Assembly (NCBI GenBank): GCA_963758635.1
Contig: CAVWWD010000008.1
Location: forward strand, 640,001-704,000
Source: an uncultured Candidatus Rokubacteria bacterium
GTDB lineage: Bacteria > Methylomirabilota > Methylomirabilia > Rokubacteriales > CSP1-6
Length of the DNA: 64,000 nucleotides
Reading direction: 5' to 3'
The notes under the pieces are model-generated. The model worked only from the letters and a program-made list of their open reading frames with translations, was not told the DNA's origin and made no database searches. Shown here one piece after another: positions 1-10,119 of this stretch. The translations under genes were made by a program, and so were the position numbers. How positions within the stretch are numbered: the first letter of the stretch is position 1; every line of letters starts with the position of its first letter.

Positions 1-450
1 TCTCAGGCTCCGGCTGGGTGCGCGGGGGGTGCGTGGACCGCCGCGTTTTGCCGCGATCTGCCGAGGGGGCGCTTCTAAGTTCCTGCGAAGTTACAGATGC
101 GTCGACCTCCGCTCGAAGTTCAACCCCGCGCTGGGCATCGAGGCCCAGGGCTTCTGCATGCTGCGGTAGGTCGCGCGGCTGGGCGTCATCGAGCGCCGGG
201 CCGAGGGCCCCGGTTACGGCTACAGGTCGCGCCTGGGGTGCGGCCGGTTGCACGAGGCCCGCGATCTCGACCTACTGCACCACACGCAGGAGCACGTCCA
301 GCGGGGCTTGACGATGACCCGCGCCCCGGGCACCGGCGAAGTTTCGTCCAGGCCGCCAGGTTCTTGAGGGCCGCGTATCCGTTCGCGGCGAGTTGCCGTC
401 AGGAGCGGGGGGCTGGCTCAGGACGGGGTGTCGCAGGAGGCCGCTCGGCA

Positions 451-481
451 TTGACCTTCCAGTCACTGGAAGCTCTATCGT
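451..481 (+). promoter_or_regulatory. MerR-type promoter with CueR-like operator
   Basis: TTGACC (451-456), 19-bp spacer, TATCGT (476-481). The dyad CTTCCAGT-C-ACTGGAAG (456-472) matches the CueR box ACCTTCC-N7-GGAAGGT at 13 of 14 positions. Confidence 0.85.
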
Positions 482-522
482 TAGGCTGCTGATCGCGTCC
501 CGACACCCCACAGGAGCCACGA

Positions 523-993
523 ATGTCAGAGGCAATGACGATTGGGCAGCTGGCCAAGGCGACCGGTGTCGCGGCGCGGACGATCCGGTACTACGAGGCG
601 GTCGGAGTGCTCTCAGCGCCGCCGCGATCGGCGGCAGGCTATCGCGAGTACGACGACCGGCACGTCCAAGGCCTGCTCTTCGTTCGCCGCGCGCGTGCCC
701 TGGGCCTGCCGCTCCGAGACGTGCAGGCACTTCGTGCAAGTGTCGGTGCCGGTGTCAACGGCGCCATGCGGCCGAAGCTGCTGGCCTCGCTCCGCGCCCA
801 GCTCGCGGCCGTGCGGCGGCAGATCAGGGAGCTCGACGGCCTCCGTCGGCAACTCGAACAGGTGCTGCGGCGCGCCCCGAGCGCCGCGTCTCGGAGCGGA
901 GCGTGTCGCTGCCTGGAAGGCGGCGGCCGCGCGGAAGGACGCCCCGTGGCGAGGGTGGCCGCCCTATCGATGCCTCGCCGGCGGCCGGAATGA
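523..993 (+). CDS. MerR-family metal-responsive transcriptional regulator
   Basis: MTIGQLAK..TIRYYE..GYREY..RARALG MerR HTH; C-terminal CRC; AGGAG RBS. Confidence 0.92.
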   Translation: MSEAMTIGQLAKATGVAARTIRYYEAVGVLSAPPRSAAGYREYDDRHVQGLLFVRRARALGLPLRDVQALRASVGAGVNGAMRPKLLASLRAQLAAVRRQIRELDGLRRQLEQVLRRAPSAASRSGACRCLEGGGRAEGRPVARVAALSMPRRRPE

Positions 994-2198
994 CCGAGAC
1001 GCCCCGGCCTGCCGTCGAGACGCGGTGGGGGGTGCTCGGGGCCGCGTTCCTCTTCAACGTTGGGCAGGGTGTGCTGCGTCCCTCATTACCGCTCTATCTG
1101 CAGGCAACGTTCCACGCCAACTACCGCCTCGTGACCTCGATTCCCACCGTCTTTGGCTTTGGCCGATGGCTCGCGAGCGTGCCGACCGGCCTCGCCATCG
1201 AGCGAGTGGGCCATCGGACGCTGATGGTTCTCGGACTGTTGGTTGTGGCGCTCAGCGACATCGGCTCAGTCTTCACGACCGATTCCGCGCTCTTTCTCGG
1301 CGTCCGTGGACTGGCTGGCGTGGGCTGGGCCATGTTCGCGACCGCAGCGACCACGACCATGATCCAGCCCCGCGCCGCAAGCCAGCGGGCCCGGGGCGTG
1401 AGCCTCCTCCTGATGAGCGAAACGGCAGGCCTTTTCCTCGGCAGCCTGGCTGGTGGGTGGCTCTACATTGGCGTCAGCCCCGCCAGCCCATTCTTTTTCG
1501 AGGCGGGGTGCATGCTCCTCGGCAGCCTGGCCGTGGCTCGTGGGCCGGGGGCCGGGACAGGACCACCGCCCCCATCGGAGCGACGCCCGCAGGGTGATCG
1601 AATGCGTGCCGTGCTTCGTCTCCCAGGCGTCCCGATGTTGAGCCTGACGAGCGCGGCGCTCACCGCCGTCCAGGTTGGTCTCGTCGTCTTCCTGTTCCCG
1701 CTGTACGCCACTGTGCGCGCCGGGGTGGATGCGACCACGGTTGGCTTGCTTGTCGCTGTCGGGGTGCTGGGTCGTCTTGGGGCGTTGTGGATCGGAGGCA
1801 GTGCCCCGGACCGCGAGCGGCGGTTTCGTCTTCTCGTTCCGGGCTTGGTTGGGTACGCCACATTGCTCGCGGTGCTGGGCGGCTTGACTCACCCACTTGC
1901 GCTCCTCGCCTGGAACGTGGCCGCCGGCGCCGCGGCCGGCCTCGTGATGGCGTTGCCCGCCGCGCTGGTCGGAGACCTCACACCGCCGCCTTTGCAGGGC
2001 GTGGCGATCGGGTGGTTTCGGACCGTGACGGACACCGGTCAGATCGTGGGTCCCCTGGTGCTCGGCGGTGTCGCGGACCTCGTCGGCTTGCCGCAGGCAT
2101 TTGGGTCTGGCGCGCTGCTGCTGGTGCTGGCCGCCGTGGGATGCTGGCGCCTCAAACGGATCGTCACATCTTCGACGGAGCCGTGTCCAACCCGGTAG
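990..2198 (+). CDS. MFS transporter
   Basis: About 12 hydrophobic segments; motif A-like GLAIERVGHR; ATGA overlap with the merR stop. Confidence 0.9.
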   Translation: MTETPRPAVETRWGVLGAAFLFNVGQGVLRPSLPLYLQATFHANYRLVTSIPTVFGFGRWLASVPTGLAIERVGHRTLMVLGLLVVALSDIGSVFTTDSALFLGVRGLAGVGWAMFATAATTTMIQPRAASQRARGVSLLLMSETAGLFLGSLAGGWLYIGVSPASPFFFEAGCMLLGSLAVARGPGAGTGPPPPSERRPQGDRMRAVLRLPGVPMLSLTSAALTAVQVGLVVFLFPLYATVRAGVDATTVGLLVAVGVLGRLGALWIGGSAPDRERRFRLLVPGLVGYATLLAVLGGLTHPLALLAWNVAAGAAAGLVMALPAALVGDLTPPPLQGVAIGWFRTVTDTGQIVGPLVLGGVADLVGLPQAFGSGALLLVLAAVGCWRLKRIVTSSTEPCPTR

Positions 2199-2221
2199 AG
2201 GACATCACGAAAGGAGCCGGG

Positions 2222-2290
2222 ATGAACATTGGTGATCTTCGACAGTTCTTGCGCGCCGCGAATCTGCGGGGCTATGCGGCGCGTTCCTCT
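2222..2290 (+). pseudogene. Possible 5' gene remnant (MNIGDLRQFLRAANLRGYAA)
   Basis: AAGGAG RBS and ATG, then a short protein-like stretch that loses coding character; vaguely like DUF5680 N-termini. Confidence 0.25.
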
Positions 2291-2456
2291 GTTCCTTTCG
2301 ACCCATGGGCCCATGGGAGTGTGACCGACGGAAACACCAAGCCCCCGTGGGGGCCGCGCGCGATGTCAAGCATCGGCAAAACCGATGAGACGCAGCCATC
2401 CAAGCGGTGCAAAACTATACCTTGTTTCTTGCGGATTGGACTCGGAGCGTTCCGGA

Positions 2457-3299
2457 ATGTCGGTGACCGACAGCGAATGGATTCGGCCGATCGTGTTCGG
2501 CGTCGCGTTCCTGGTGCTCGCCCTCGCCGAGGTGGGCGCTCCGCGGCGCCGGTTTCCGGCCACGCGTGCGCGCCGCTGGTCGACGAACCTCGGGCTGATG
2601 GCAGTTGGCGCCGTGCTCAGCCGGGTCATCGTGCCGCTGGGCGCCGTGGCGGCGGCCGCCCTGGCGACGAACAACGGCTGGGGCCTGCTCGGCGCCGCTC
2701 GGATTGCAACAGTTCCCCTTGGGCTGGTCGCAGCGGTCGTGGCCCTCGACGGCGCGATTTATGGTCAGCACGTGGTGATGCATCGCCTGCCCGTGCTCTG
2801 GAGACTGCACCGTGTCCACCACGCGGATCCGGGCTTCGACGCCTCCACCGGTGTCCGCTTCCACCCTGGAGAGATCCTGCTTTCTGCGGGTCTCAAGGTC
2901 GCGCTGGTCCTCCTGCTCGGGGCGGCGCCCATCGCTGTCGTGACGTTCGAGCTGCTGCTTAACGTGTGCGCCATGTTCAACCACGCGAACCTGAGGCTGC
3001 CCGGCGTGGTGGACCGCGCGGTGCGGATGGTTCTCGTGACGCCGGACATGCACCGCGTGCACCATTCGGTCGACGCGCGCGAGCACAACCGGAACTTCGG
3101 CTTTACGGTCCCGTGGTGGGACTGGTTATTCGGGACCTATCGTCACCAGCCCGCGGCCAGCCACGAGACGATGGCCATCGGGCTTCCGTCCATCGCTGCG
3201 GCGCCGGCGCAACGCCTGGTGGCGATGCTACTCGAGCCGTTCCGGGTCACCGAGGATGACGCTCGCAGGGCATCTTTTCCAGATCTCACAGGAGGATGA
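2457..3299 (+). CDS. Sterol desaturase / fatty acid hydroxylase superfamily protein
   Basis: His boxes HVVMH, HRVHH, FNHAN, HRVHH and NFG..WWDWLFGT. Confidence 0.92.
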   Translation: MSVTDSEWIRPIVFGVAFLVLALAEVGAPRRRFPATRARRWSTNLGLMAVGAVLSRVIVPLGAVAAAALATNNGWGLLGAARIATVPLGLVAAVVALDGAIYGQHVVMHRLPVLWRLHRVHHADPGFDASTGVRFHPGEILLSAGLKVALVLLLGAAPIAVVTFELLLNVCAMFNHANLRLPGVVDRAVRMVLVTPDMHRVHHSVDAREHNRNFGFTVPWWDWLFGTYRHQPAASHETMAIGLPSIAAAPAQRLVAMLLEPFRVTEDDARRASFPDLTGG

Positions 3300-3306
3300 T
3301 CCATCG

Positions 3307-3738
3307 ATGGCGGAGACCGTACGAGGGGCGATCAAGGAACTGCTGGAAGGAACGATGGCCACGATCGACGCATTGCTGGCGACGCCCGAGGGTGAGCTCG
3401 CGATGCCGTCGTCACACGGTTGCGCGCAGGGCAAGGACCTCTGGACGCTGATCACCAACGACATCGATCACGAGAAGATCCACACCGCCCAGGTACTCGA
3501 GGGGCGCTACGAGGCGCGGCTGACCGCCTCTCCGAGGGACCGGCTGATCGCCGAGTGGCTGGCGGAGCGTGCACGGTTCGTCGGCTCACTGATCGGGGTG
3601 ACCGATGCGCAATTCAACGCCGAAACCGCTCCGGGCCAGTGGACCTACCGGGTGGTGGCCAAGCACGTCCTTTCGCTGGAGCAGGACTCGCTGAAGACCT
3701 TGGCCGCGGACCGCGCGGCCAGAGAAGCGGGTCGGTGA
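3307..3738 (+). CDS. DinB/YfiT-like protein
   Basis: GGAGG RBS; helical protein with DHEKIH and PGQWTYRVVAKH motifs. Confidence 0.6.
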   Translation: MAETVRGAIKELLEGTMATIDALLATPEGELAMPSSHGCAQGKDLWTLITNDIDHEKIHTAQVLEGRYEARLTASPRDRLIAEWLAERARFVGSLIGVTDAQFNAETAPGQWTYRVVAKHVLSLEQDSLKTLAADRAAREAGR

Positions 3739-3756
3739 ACCAGCCGGTGGGGCGCT

Positions 3757-4384
3757 ATGGAGGAATCGTCCGTGGATGACACCACCGCGGGCTACGCCGA
3801 GCATGCGGACACCCTCGTGAAGCAGTACGAGAGCGTCCGCTTCGCGGATGTGCATAGGCCGGTGCTGCATCTGATACCCAGGCGGCCGGGCCGGGCTCTC
3901 GACATCGGATCGGGGACTGGCCGCGATGCCTCTGCGCTGGCTGCGATGGGCCATCGTGTCGTCGCAGTGGAGCCAACGGGCGAATTCCGCGCGACGGCGG
4001 CCGCCTTGCACCCTTCCCCAAAGGATCGAGTGGGTAGACGATCGCCTTCCTGACCTGTCGCGCGTCACTCGACGCGGGGAGTTCTTCGACGTGGTGTTGC
4101 TGACGGCGGTCTGGATGCATCTGGACCAGCACCAACGTCGGCAGGCCATGCGGACCGTGGCCGGCTTGCTGCGGGAAGGCGGGGCCTTGGCCCTGTCGCT
4201 TCGCCATGGGCCGGTTCCAGCCGGCCGGCGTATGTTTGACGTCTCGGCAGAGGAGACGATCGACTTGGCCGCCGAGGCAGGCTTGAATGTGACGATACGG
4301 GCCGAGAACCAATCCGACTTCTTCGGCCGACCGCATGTGCGTTGGACCTCGTTGGGTTTCATACGATGCTCAGGACCAAGATGA
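3757..4384 (+). CDS. Class I SAM-dependent methyltransferase (frameshift ~4020)
   Basis: ALDIGSGTGRDA motif I in ORF 3757-4053, continuing as WVDDRLP..FDVVLLTAVWMHL in ORF 3926-4384. Confidence 0.85.
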
Positions 4385-4399
4385 TCTGCTCGTTCGTCG

Positions 4400-4955
4400 G
4401 TTGGTCCTGCTCGACGAGCCCGTCCTCTCGGAGGTGGTGTTCACCGGCGCCAAGAACGCGCGAAGCTTCACGTGCGGGGCGCTCAGCGAGAAGGGCGACG
4501 CCGCGCGGGAGCTCGACTTCGCCCGCGAGCTCGTCAACGCGGCGGTGCGGGGGATCCCGCGCTCCCGGCTCGGCAACTGGACGCGGGACGAGCAGGCCGC
4601 GCTGTCCGGGGATTACGCGCCCCTGCTTCCCACGCTCCGGTCCCTCGACGTCGGGACGTTCTTCCTCGATCTGTGCACGCCTCGCGCGGGGGATCTTGAC
4701 GTCCTGCGGTCCCTGCCCGACGACCGCCGGGTCGGCATCGGCGTCGTCAACCAGAAGCGCGACGAGGTGGAGCCGGTCGGGGACATCGTGGCCAGGGTTC
4801 GCCGCGCGATCGACGTCTTCGGGCGCGATCGGATCCTGCTCACGCCGGACTGCGGCTTCGCCACGTTCGCCGACAACCCGGTCACCGCGCCGGGCCTCGC
4901 CGAGGAGAAGCTGCGCGCGATCGTCCGGGCCGCGGAGATCCTCCGCGGAGGGTAG
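4400..4955 (+). pseudogene. 5'-truncated cobalamin-independent methionine synthase II (MetE C-terminal domain) family fragment
   Basis: LDEPVL..GVVNQK..TPDCGFATF..KLRAIV motifs; no N-terminal half or good start; the HxCxGN Zn motif is reduced to RLGNW. Confidence 0.75.
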
Positions 4956-4975
4956 GGAAAGGGCGCGGAGGTCCC

Positions 4976-5733
4976 GCTAACGCGGGCGGGCGGCGGCCTC
5001 GGAGCCGCCCGGTCCCGCCCGTGCCCACAGCGCCTCCAGCTCGCGCGCCAACCTCGGCGGGCCGCTCGAGGGGCCACCAGTGCGAGCACCCGAGCGGGAC
5101 GAAGCGGGCGCCCGTCCGCTCGGCCAGCCGGGCTCCGAAGCGGCTCGCCGCGTAGGGGTCGTCCTCTCCCCACAGGACGAGTCCGGGCGCGGTGACGCGC
5201 GCGAGATCGCCGGCCCACTCCCGCCCCACGTCGATGGCCGAGCGATAGAGGCGCAGGATGCAGGCCTTCATGACCGCGTCGACGCGGCCGGCGGTCGCCA
5301 TGGCCTCGGCCTCCGGCACACCCGTCGCGGCCCAGAGCGGCGGCCAGCGCCTCGGGCGTGCTGGACTCCATCACCCGCTCGCCCACCTCGGGCGTCGGCC
5401 AGAGCCGTGCGGCCCGGTGCCACTCGTACTCGGGATCGAGCGGCGCCGCGCCACCGCCCAGGTGCGAACGAGCTCGGGCTCGAGCGACACCGCGCGGATG
5501 ACGAGGAGCGCGCCCCAGTCGTGACCGACGAGGTCGATCGGGCGGGGCAGGGCGGCGAGCGACTCGAGGAGCCAGCCCACGTACCCGGCCTTGGTCGGCT
5601 CGAAGCCTGACGGCAGCGGCACGCCGAAGCCAGGTAGCGCCAGCGTGACGGTGTCCGCGCGATGGAGCCGCGACAGGACCGCGTCCCACACGCGCGTGGT
5701 GTCGGGAACGCCGTGGACGAAGACCGCGGGCAT
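4976..5733 (-). CDS. Alpha/beta fold hydrolase (several frameshifts)
   Basis: VFVHGVPD, GHDWG nucleophile elbow, LWGEDDPY and HWWPLE spread over three frames; GGAGG RBS; 3' end approximate. Confidence 0.8.
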
Positions 5734-5751
5734 GGTCGTGATCCTCCTTTG

Positions 5752-6417
5752 TCACCTGGGGCGGTCAGCGGGCCGGCGGCCGCGCCGCGCCGTCCGGCCC
5801 GCGGAGAGCGTGCCGCCGGTCGCCGCGCCATAGCGGAGCCGGCGGGTCAGGCGCACGGCGAGGACGCCCAGGATCACCGCCGGCCCGGCGAGGACGATCA
5901 GGCGCACGGCCTGTCCGCGCTCCAGCACGGTGGTGCCGAAGAGGTGACCGGCGCCGATCCAGAGCGTGGTGTACGCCAGCGTGCCGATCACGTCGAACGC
6001 GAGGAACCGCCAGTACGGGAGGTGGCCGGCCCCGGAGAGCACGGCGGCGAAGAGCCGGACGCCCACCGAGAAGCGGCCGAACAGCACGGCCATCGCCCCG
6101 AACCGCGTGAACGCGGCAGTGGTCTTCTCCACGCAACGCTCGGAGCCGAGCGACACCCGGCAGTACCACGCGAGCAGGCGCGTGCCACCCAGCGCCCCGG
6201 CGGCGTACAGCGCGTGGTCGCCGATGACCAGGCCGGCCGTGCCGAGGAGGACGAGGAGCCCCAGGTCGCTCCAGCGGTCCGCGACGGCGCCGGCCACCAC
6301 CAGCACGAGACGCCCGGGGAAGGGAAAGCCCGTGGCGTCGATCATCCCGGATACCAGGACGAGCGTGAGCTGGTGCCGCTCGAACCAGTCGAGACCGGGC
6401 TGGAGCCACTCCATCAC
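5752..6417 (-). CDS. DedA family membrane protein
   Basis: GFPFPG, GDHALYAAG, GRFSVGVR motifs. Confidence 0.88.
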   Translation of the reverse strand: MMEWLQPGLDWFERHQLTLVLVSGMIDATGFPFPGRLVLVVAGAVADRWSDLGLLVLLGTAGLVIGDHALYAAGALGGTRLLAWYCRVSLGSERCVEKTTAAFTRFGAMAVLFGRFSVGVRLFAAVLSGAGHLPYWRFLAFDVIGTLAYTTLWIGAGHLFGTTVLERGQAVRLIVLAGPAVILGVLAVRLTRRLRYGAATGGTLSAGRTARRGRRPADRPR

Positions 6418-6525
6418 GGGTCAGGATACGCCAGGCGTCCCGGTGGCCGCCGTCCACTTCTTTCACCGCGGGCGGGCACACATCAACGAAAATACGTCGA
6501 TGCGTCCGAGAGAGTTCGTCTCCGC

Positions 6526-7710
6526 GTGAGCGCCACGGCCAGCGGGGGCGCTCGAGCGCGGTCCGCGCGCTGGGTGCTCCCCGCGTGCATGTTCTTCAGC
6601 ACGTTCGCGTGGTCGTTCGTGTACGTGAGCCTGCCCTTCTACATCCACCGCGTGTCGCCGTACGACGAGTCGGCGACGCTCCGCTGGACGGGCTGGATCC
6701 TCGGCGTCTCCTCGATCATCACCGTGCTCACCGCGCCGGCCTGGGGCAAGCTCGCGACGATGTGGAGCCCGAAGTCGCTGTACATCGCGGTCGAGCTCCT
6801 GCAGGGCGGCGGGTTCTTCGTGATGGCGATGGCCCGCACGCTTCCCGAGCTGTTCCTCGCCCGCGCGCTGCTCGGCGTGATGGGCGCGGCCTCGACGTTC
6901 GCGTACATCATCGCGGGGCGCGCCGGCGGAGACGTGCGGCGCGAGATCTCGGGGATCCAGTCGGCGAGCACGGTCGGCCAGGTGATGGGGCCGCTGGCGG
7001 GGGCGATCACGGCCAACCGCCTGGGGTTCAGCGAGTCGTTCGTCATCGGCGGTCTGATCCTCCTCGCCTGCGCGGGGCTCGTGTGGCGCCGCGTCGTCGA
7101 GGGCCCGGAGCCGCCGCCCGCGGCCGTCACGGGCGCGCGGGCCGACGCCCTCCGCGAGGTGGGGCCGGTGTGCCTGCTCGTGCTCGCGGGATCGTGCCAG
7201 ATCTTCTTCCTGCCCGCGATCCTGCCCCAGATGCTGCCGAGCCTCGGCGTGGCGCCGGAGCGCACGCTGGAGGCGGGCGGCCTCATCATCTTCGCCACCG
7301 GCGTGGCGGCGGCGCTCGGCTCCATGGCGGCGCCGTGGCTCGCCGAACACGCGGGCGACCGCCGGACCGTCGCGTGGTTCCTCGGCGCGTCCTCCGTGGT
7401 TCTCGCCGCCTTCGCGCTCGCGCCGGAGGTGTGGAGCTTCGGCGGCCTGCGCTTCATCCAGGTGCTGTGTATTGCGCCCGTCTTCCCGATCTCCGTGGCC
7501 GCGATCGCGCAGCGCGCCTCGGGGGCGACCATCGGGCTCGTGAACTCGGCGCGGATCGCCGCCTCGTTCCTGGGGCCGGTGATCGCCACGACGCTGCTCG
7601 CCGCGGGACCGGCCGGCATCGTCTACGTCGTGCTCGCCGCGATCGGGTTCGCCGTGCTGCCCGTGGTGCTGCGCGGCCTCGCGCGGCCGGAGGCGTCGGG
7701 CCGGGCATGA
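6526..7710 (+). CDS. MFS transporter (MdtG/DHA1-like)
   Basis: TM-rich; APAWGKLA, GQVMGPLAG; GTG start inferred. Confidence 0.85.
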   Translation: MSATASGGARARSARWVLPACMFFSTFAWSFVYVSLPFYIHRVSPYDESATLRWTGWILGVSSIITVLTAPAWGKLATMWSPKSLYIAVELLQGGGFFVMAMARTLPELFLARALLGVMGAASTFAYIIAGRAGGDVRREISGIQSASTVGQVMGPLAGAITANRLGFSESFVIGGLILLACAGLVWRRVVEGPEPPPAAVTGARADALREVGPVCLLVLAGSCQIFFLPAILPQMLPSLGVAPERTLEAGGLIIFATGVAAALGSMAAPWLAEHAGDRRTVAWFLGASSVVLAAFALAPEVWSFGGLRFIQVLCIAPVFPISVAAIAQRASGATIGLVNSARIAASFLGPVIATTLLAAGPAGIVYVVLAAIGFAVLPVVLRGLARPEASGRA

Positions 7711-8822
7711 CTGGTGGGGGCGTCGTGCGTCTGTCCGAGGTGCGAATGGAGGGTGTCGGCAAGCGCGCCGGCCGCGGGTGGGTGGTGGCCGACGTGACGA
7801 TCTCCGTCCGCCCCGGGGAGATCTACACGCTGCTCGGCCCGGCGGGGAGCGGCACGAGCACGCTCATCGCCTTGGTGGCCGGGCTCCTCCGACCCGACGC
7901 CGGACGGATCCTGGTGAACGACGAGCCCGTCGACCACCTGCCGCCGCAGCGGCGTGGCGTCGGGCTGGTGCCGTCGGGCGGCGCGCTCTGGCCGCACCTG
8001 TCGGTGGGCGACAACGTGGCCTTCGGCCTCTCCGGCCGCGGCATTAGCGACGCCGAGCGGCGCCGCCGCGTGGGGGCCGCGCTCGAGCAGGTCGGTCTGC
8101 CTGGCACGGAGGCGCGGCGGCCCCACGAGCTCACGGGGGCGGAGCCGCGCCGGGTCGCCATCGCGCGGGCGCTCGTCGTGGAGCCGCGGCTCCTCCTGCT
8201 CGACGACCCGATGGCTGGCCTCGACGCCGCGCGCGGCGTCGAGCTGCGCCTCGACCTGGCGCGGGTCCACAAGGACGTGGGCGTCACGACGCTCCACGCC
8301 ACCGCGGACCACGCCGAGGCCCTCGCGCTGGCGACCCGCATCGCCGTGCTGTCCGGCGGCCGCGTGCTGCAGGAGGGCCGGCCCGAGGAGGTCTACTGGC
8401 GCCCGCGAAGCCGCGCGGTGGCGCAGTACGTGGGCGCGGCCAACCTGGTCCCCGTGCGCGTGCTCGAGGTGCGCGAGATGGGCGTCGTCGTCGCCACCGA
8501 CGGGGGAGCGCAGCTGCCCGTGGCATCGGGGGGCCACGCGTGGACGGTGGGCGCCCGCGGCACCCTCTGCCTGCGTCCGGAGGCGCTCGTGATCGAGGAG
8601 GCGGAGCGGGCGCGTGGCGGCATTCGCGGCACCGTCTCCGGCTACGTGTTCGAGGGCGGCCGCGCGCTCTACGACGTGGCGATCCCGGGCGCGACGCTCC
8701 GCGTGGAAGCGTTCACCTCGGCCACGCAGGGGCGCGGGTTCGCGCGCGGCGACCACGTGCGCGTGGAGGTGCAGACGGAGAGCGCCGTCCTGCTGCCCGA
8801 GGAGGCGGGACCGGCCGGCTGA
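7707..8822 (+). CDS. PotA/MalK-like ABC ATP-binding protein with TOBE domain and degenerate catalytic motifs
   Basis: ALWPHLSVGDNVAFGL and RVAIARALVVEP; Walker A GPAGSGTS, Walker B LLLDDP. Confidence 0.85.
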   Translation: MTGGGVVRLSEVRMEGVGKRAGRGWVVADVTISVRPGEIYTLLGPAGSGTSTLIALVAGLLRPDAGRILVNDEPVDHLPPQRRGVGLVPSGGALWPHLSVGDNVAFGLSGRGISDAERRRRVGAALEQVGLPGTEARRPHELTGAEPRRVAIARALVVEPRLLLLDDPMAGLDAARGVELRLDLARVHKDVGVTTLHATADHAEALALATRIAVLSGGRVLQEGRPEEVYWRPRSRAVAQYVGAANLVPVRVLEVREMGVVVATDGGAQLPVASGGHAWTVGARGTLCLRPEALVIEEAERARGGIRGTVSGYVFEGGRALYDVAIPGATLRVEAFTSATQGRGFARGDHVRVEVQTESAVLLPEEAGPAG

Positions 8823-8828
8823 TATACT
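8820..8828 (+). promoter_or_regulatory. Putative extended -10 element
   Basis: TG-A-TATACT upstream of the rhodanese gene in a GC-rich background. Confidence 0.4.
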
Positions 8829-8906
8829 CCCGATGCCCAGCCACGGACGTGCGCGTGGCGAGAAGCCGACGCTCGGCGCGGGAACGCGAGCGCGGGGAGG
8901 GAGCGA

Positions 8907-9221
8907 ATGGAGATCAGCCCGCAGGAGCTCAAGGGCCGCCTGGATCGCCGCGAGCCCATCGTCCTGCTCGACGTGCGCGATCCGTGGGAGACGGCCCTCG
9001 TCCGGCTCGACAACGCCGTGCACATCCCCATGGACGAGATCGAGACGCGGGCGGACGAGCTGGACGCGCGCGAGGAGACGGTCGTCTACTGCCACCACGG
9101 CGTCCGCAGCGCGGCGGTGGCCGACTACCTCCGGAGCATCGGCTTCCCGCGCGTCATGAACCTCGCCGGCGGCGTCGACGAGTGGGCGCGCACGGTGGAC
9201 CGCTCGATGAAGCGCTACTGA
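8907..9221 (+). CDS. Single-domain rhodanese
   Basis: LLDVRDPWE, YCHHGVRS, NLAGGVDEW. Confidence 0.93.
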   Translation: MEISPQELKGRLDRREPIVLLDVRDPWETALVRLDNAVHIPMDEIETRADELDAREETVVYCHHGVRSAAVADYLRSIGFPRVMNLAGGVDEWARTVDRSMKRY

Positions 9222-10025
9222 TGACCGAGCCCGCGCCCACGCCGCCGCCGCCCGGGCCCGACGGGCAGGTGCGCATCGAGAACCGCGGCGGCTGCGCATG
9301 GGTGACGCTGGACCGGCCGCCGCTCAACCTCCTCGTCCCCGGCCTGATCCGTGCGATCCGCGACGCCTTCGAGGGCCTGGCCAGGAACCCCGGGGTGCGC
9401 GCCGCCGTGCTGACGGGGGCCGGGCGGGCCACCACCGCCGGCATGCAGGTGCAGGTGCTGCGCGAGCTGGATCCCGCGTCGGCGAAGACGCTGATCAGCG
9501 GCCTCCACGACACGATCCGGGCCGTCCACGACGCGCCCTTCCCCACCGTGTGCATGGTCAACGGCGCCTGCCTCGGCGCCGGCTTCGAGCTGGCCATGGC
9601 GTGCGACATGCGCGTGGCCTCCACCGACGCCGTGCTCGGGCTGCCCGAGGTGCGCGTGGGCGTGCCGTCGGTCATCGAGGCGGCGCTCCTGCCCGCCCTC
9701 GTGGGCCCGGGCCGCGCCGCGGAGATGCTGTTCACCGGCGACGCCATCCCGGCGGCGCGGGCGCTCGAGTGGGGCCTCGTCAACCGCGTCGGTGCCGCCG
9801 GCCGAGCTCGCGCGGGAGACCACCGCGCTCGTCGAGTCGATCATCGCGTGCGCGCCGACGGCGATCCGGCTCCAGAAGGAGCTGATCATCCGGTGGCGCA
9901 GCACGGACCTGCGCACGGCCATCGAGTACGGCATCAACGCGTTCGCCCAGTCCTACGCCACCGGCGACGCGCGCGAGGCCCAGTCCGCCTTCCTCGAGAA
10001 GCGGCCTCCCAGATTCGGCTCGTGA
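9221..10025 (+). CDS. Enoyl-CoA hydratase/isomerase (frameshift ~9790)
   Basis: LDRPPLN, GAGFELAMACD, LPEVRVG; C-terminal AFLEKRPPRF in a second frame. Confidence 0.9.
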
Positions 10026-10026
10026 G

Positions 10027-10102
10027 CCCCGCGCATCAGACCAATGCCGAGCGGTGGGACTGTAGAGGCCCGTCGCGGTGACCGCATTCTGCGAGGGTCA
10101 TT
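10027..10102 (+). repeat. Dispersed intergenic repeat family A, copy 1
   Basis: Near-identical to the reverse complement of 27588-27664 (core AATGCCGAGCGGTGGGACTGTAG..ACCGCATTCTGCGAGG). Confidence 0.9.
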
Positions 10103-10119
10103 GTCGGTTCGCCGCAGCG

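Noticed and set aside
100..367. Pyrrolysine or stop read-through at the in-frame TAG (~167)
   Set aside because: No start, no recognisable family and no pyl machinery. More likely a decayed fragment.
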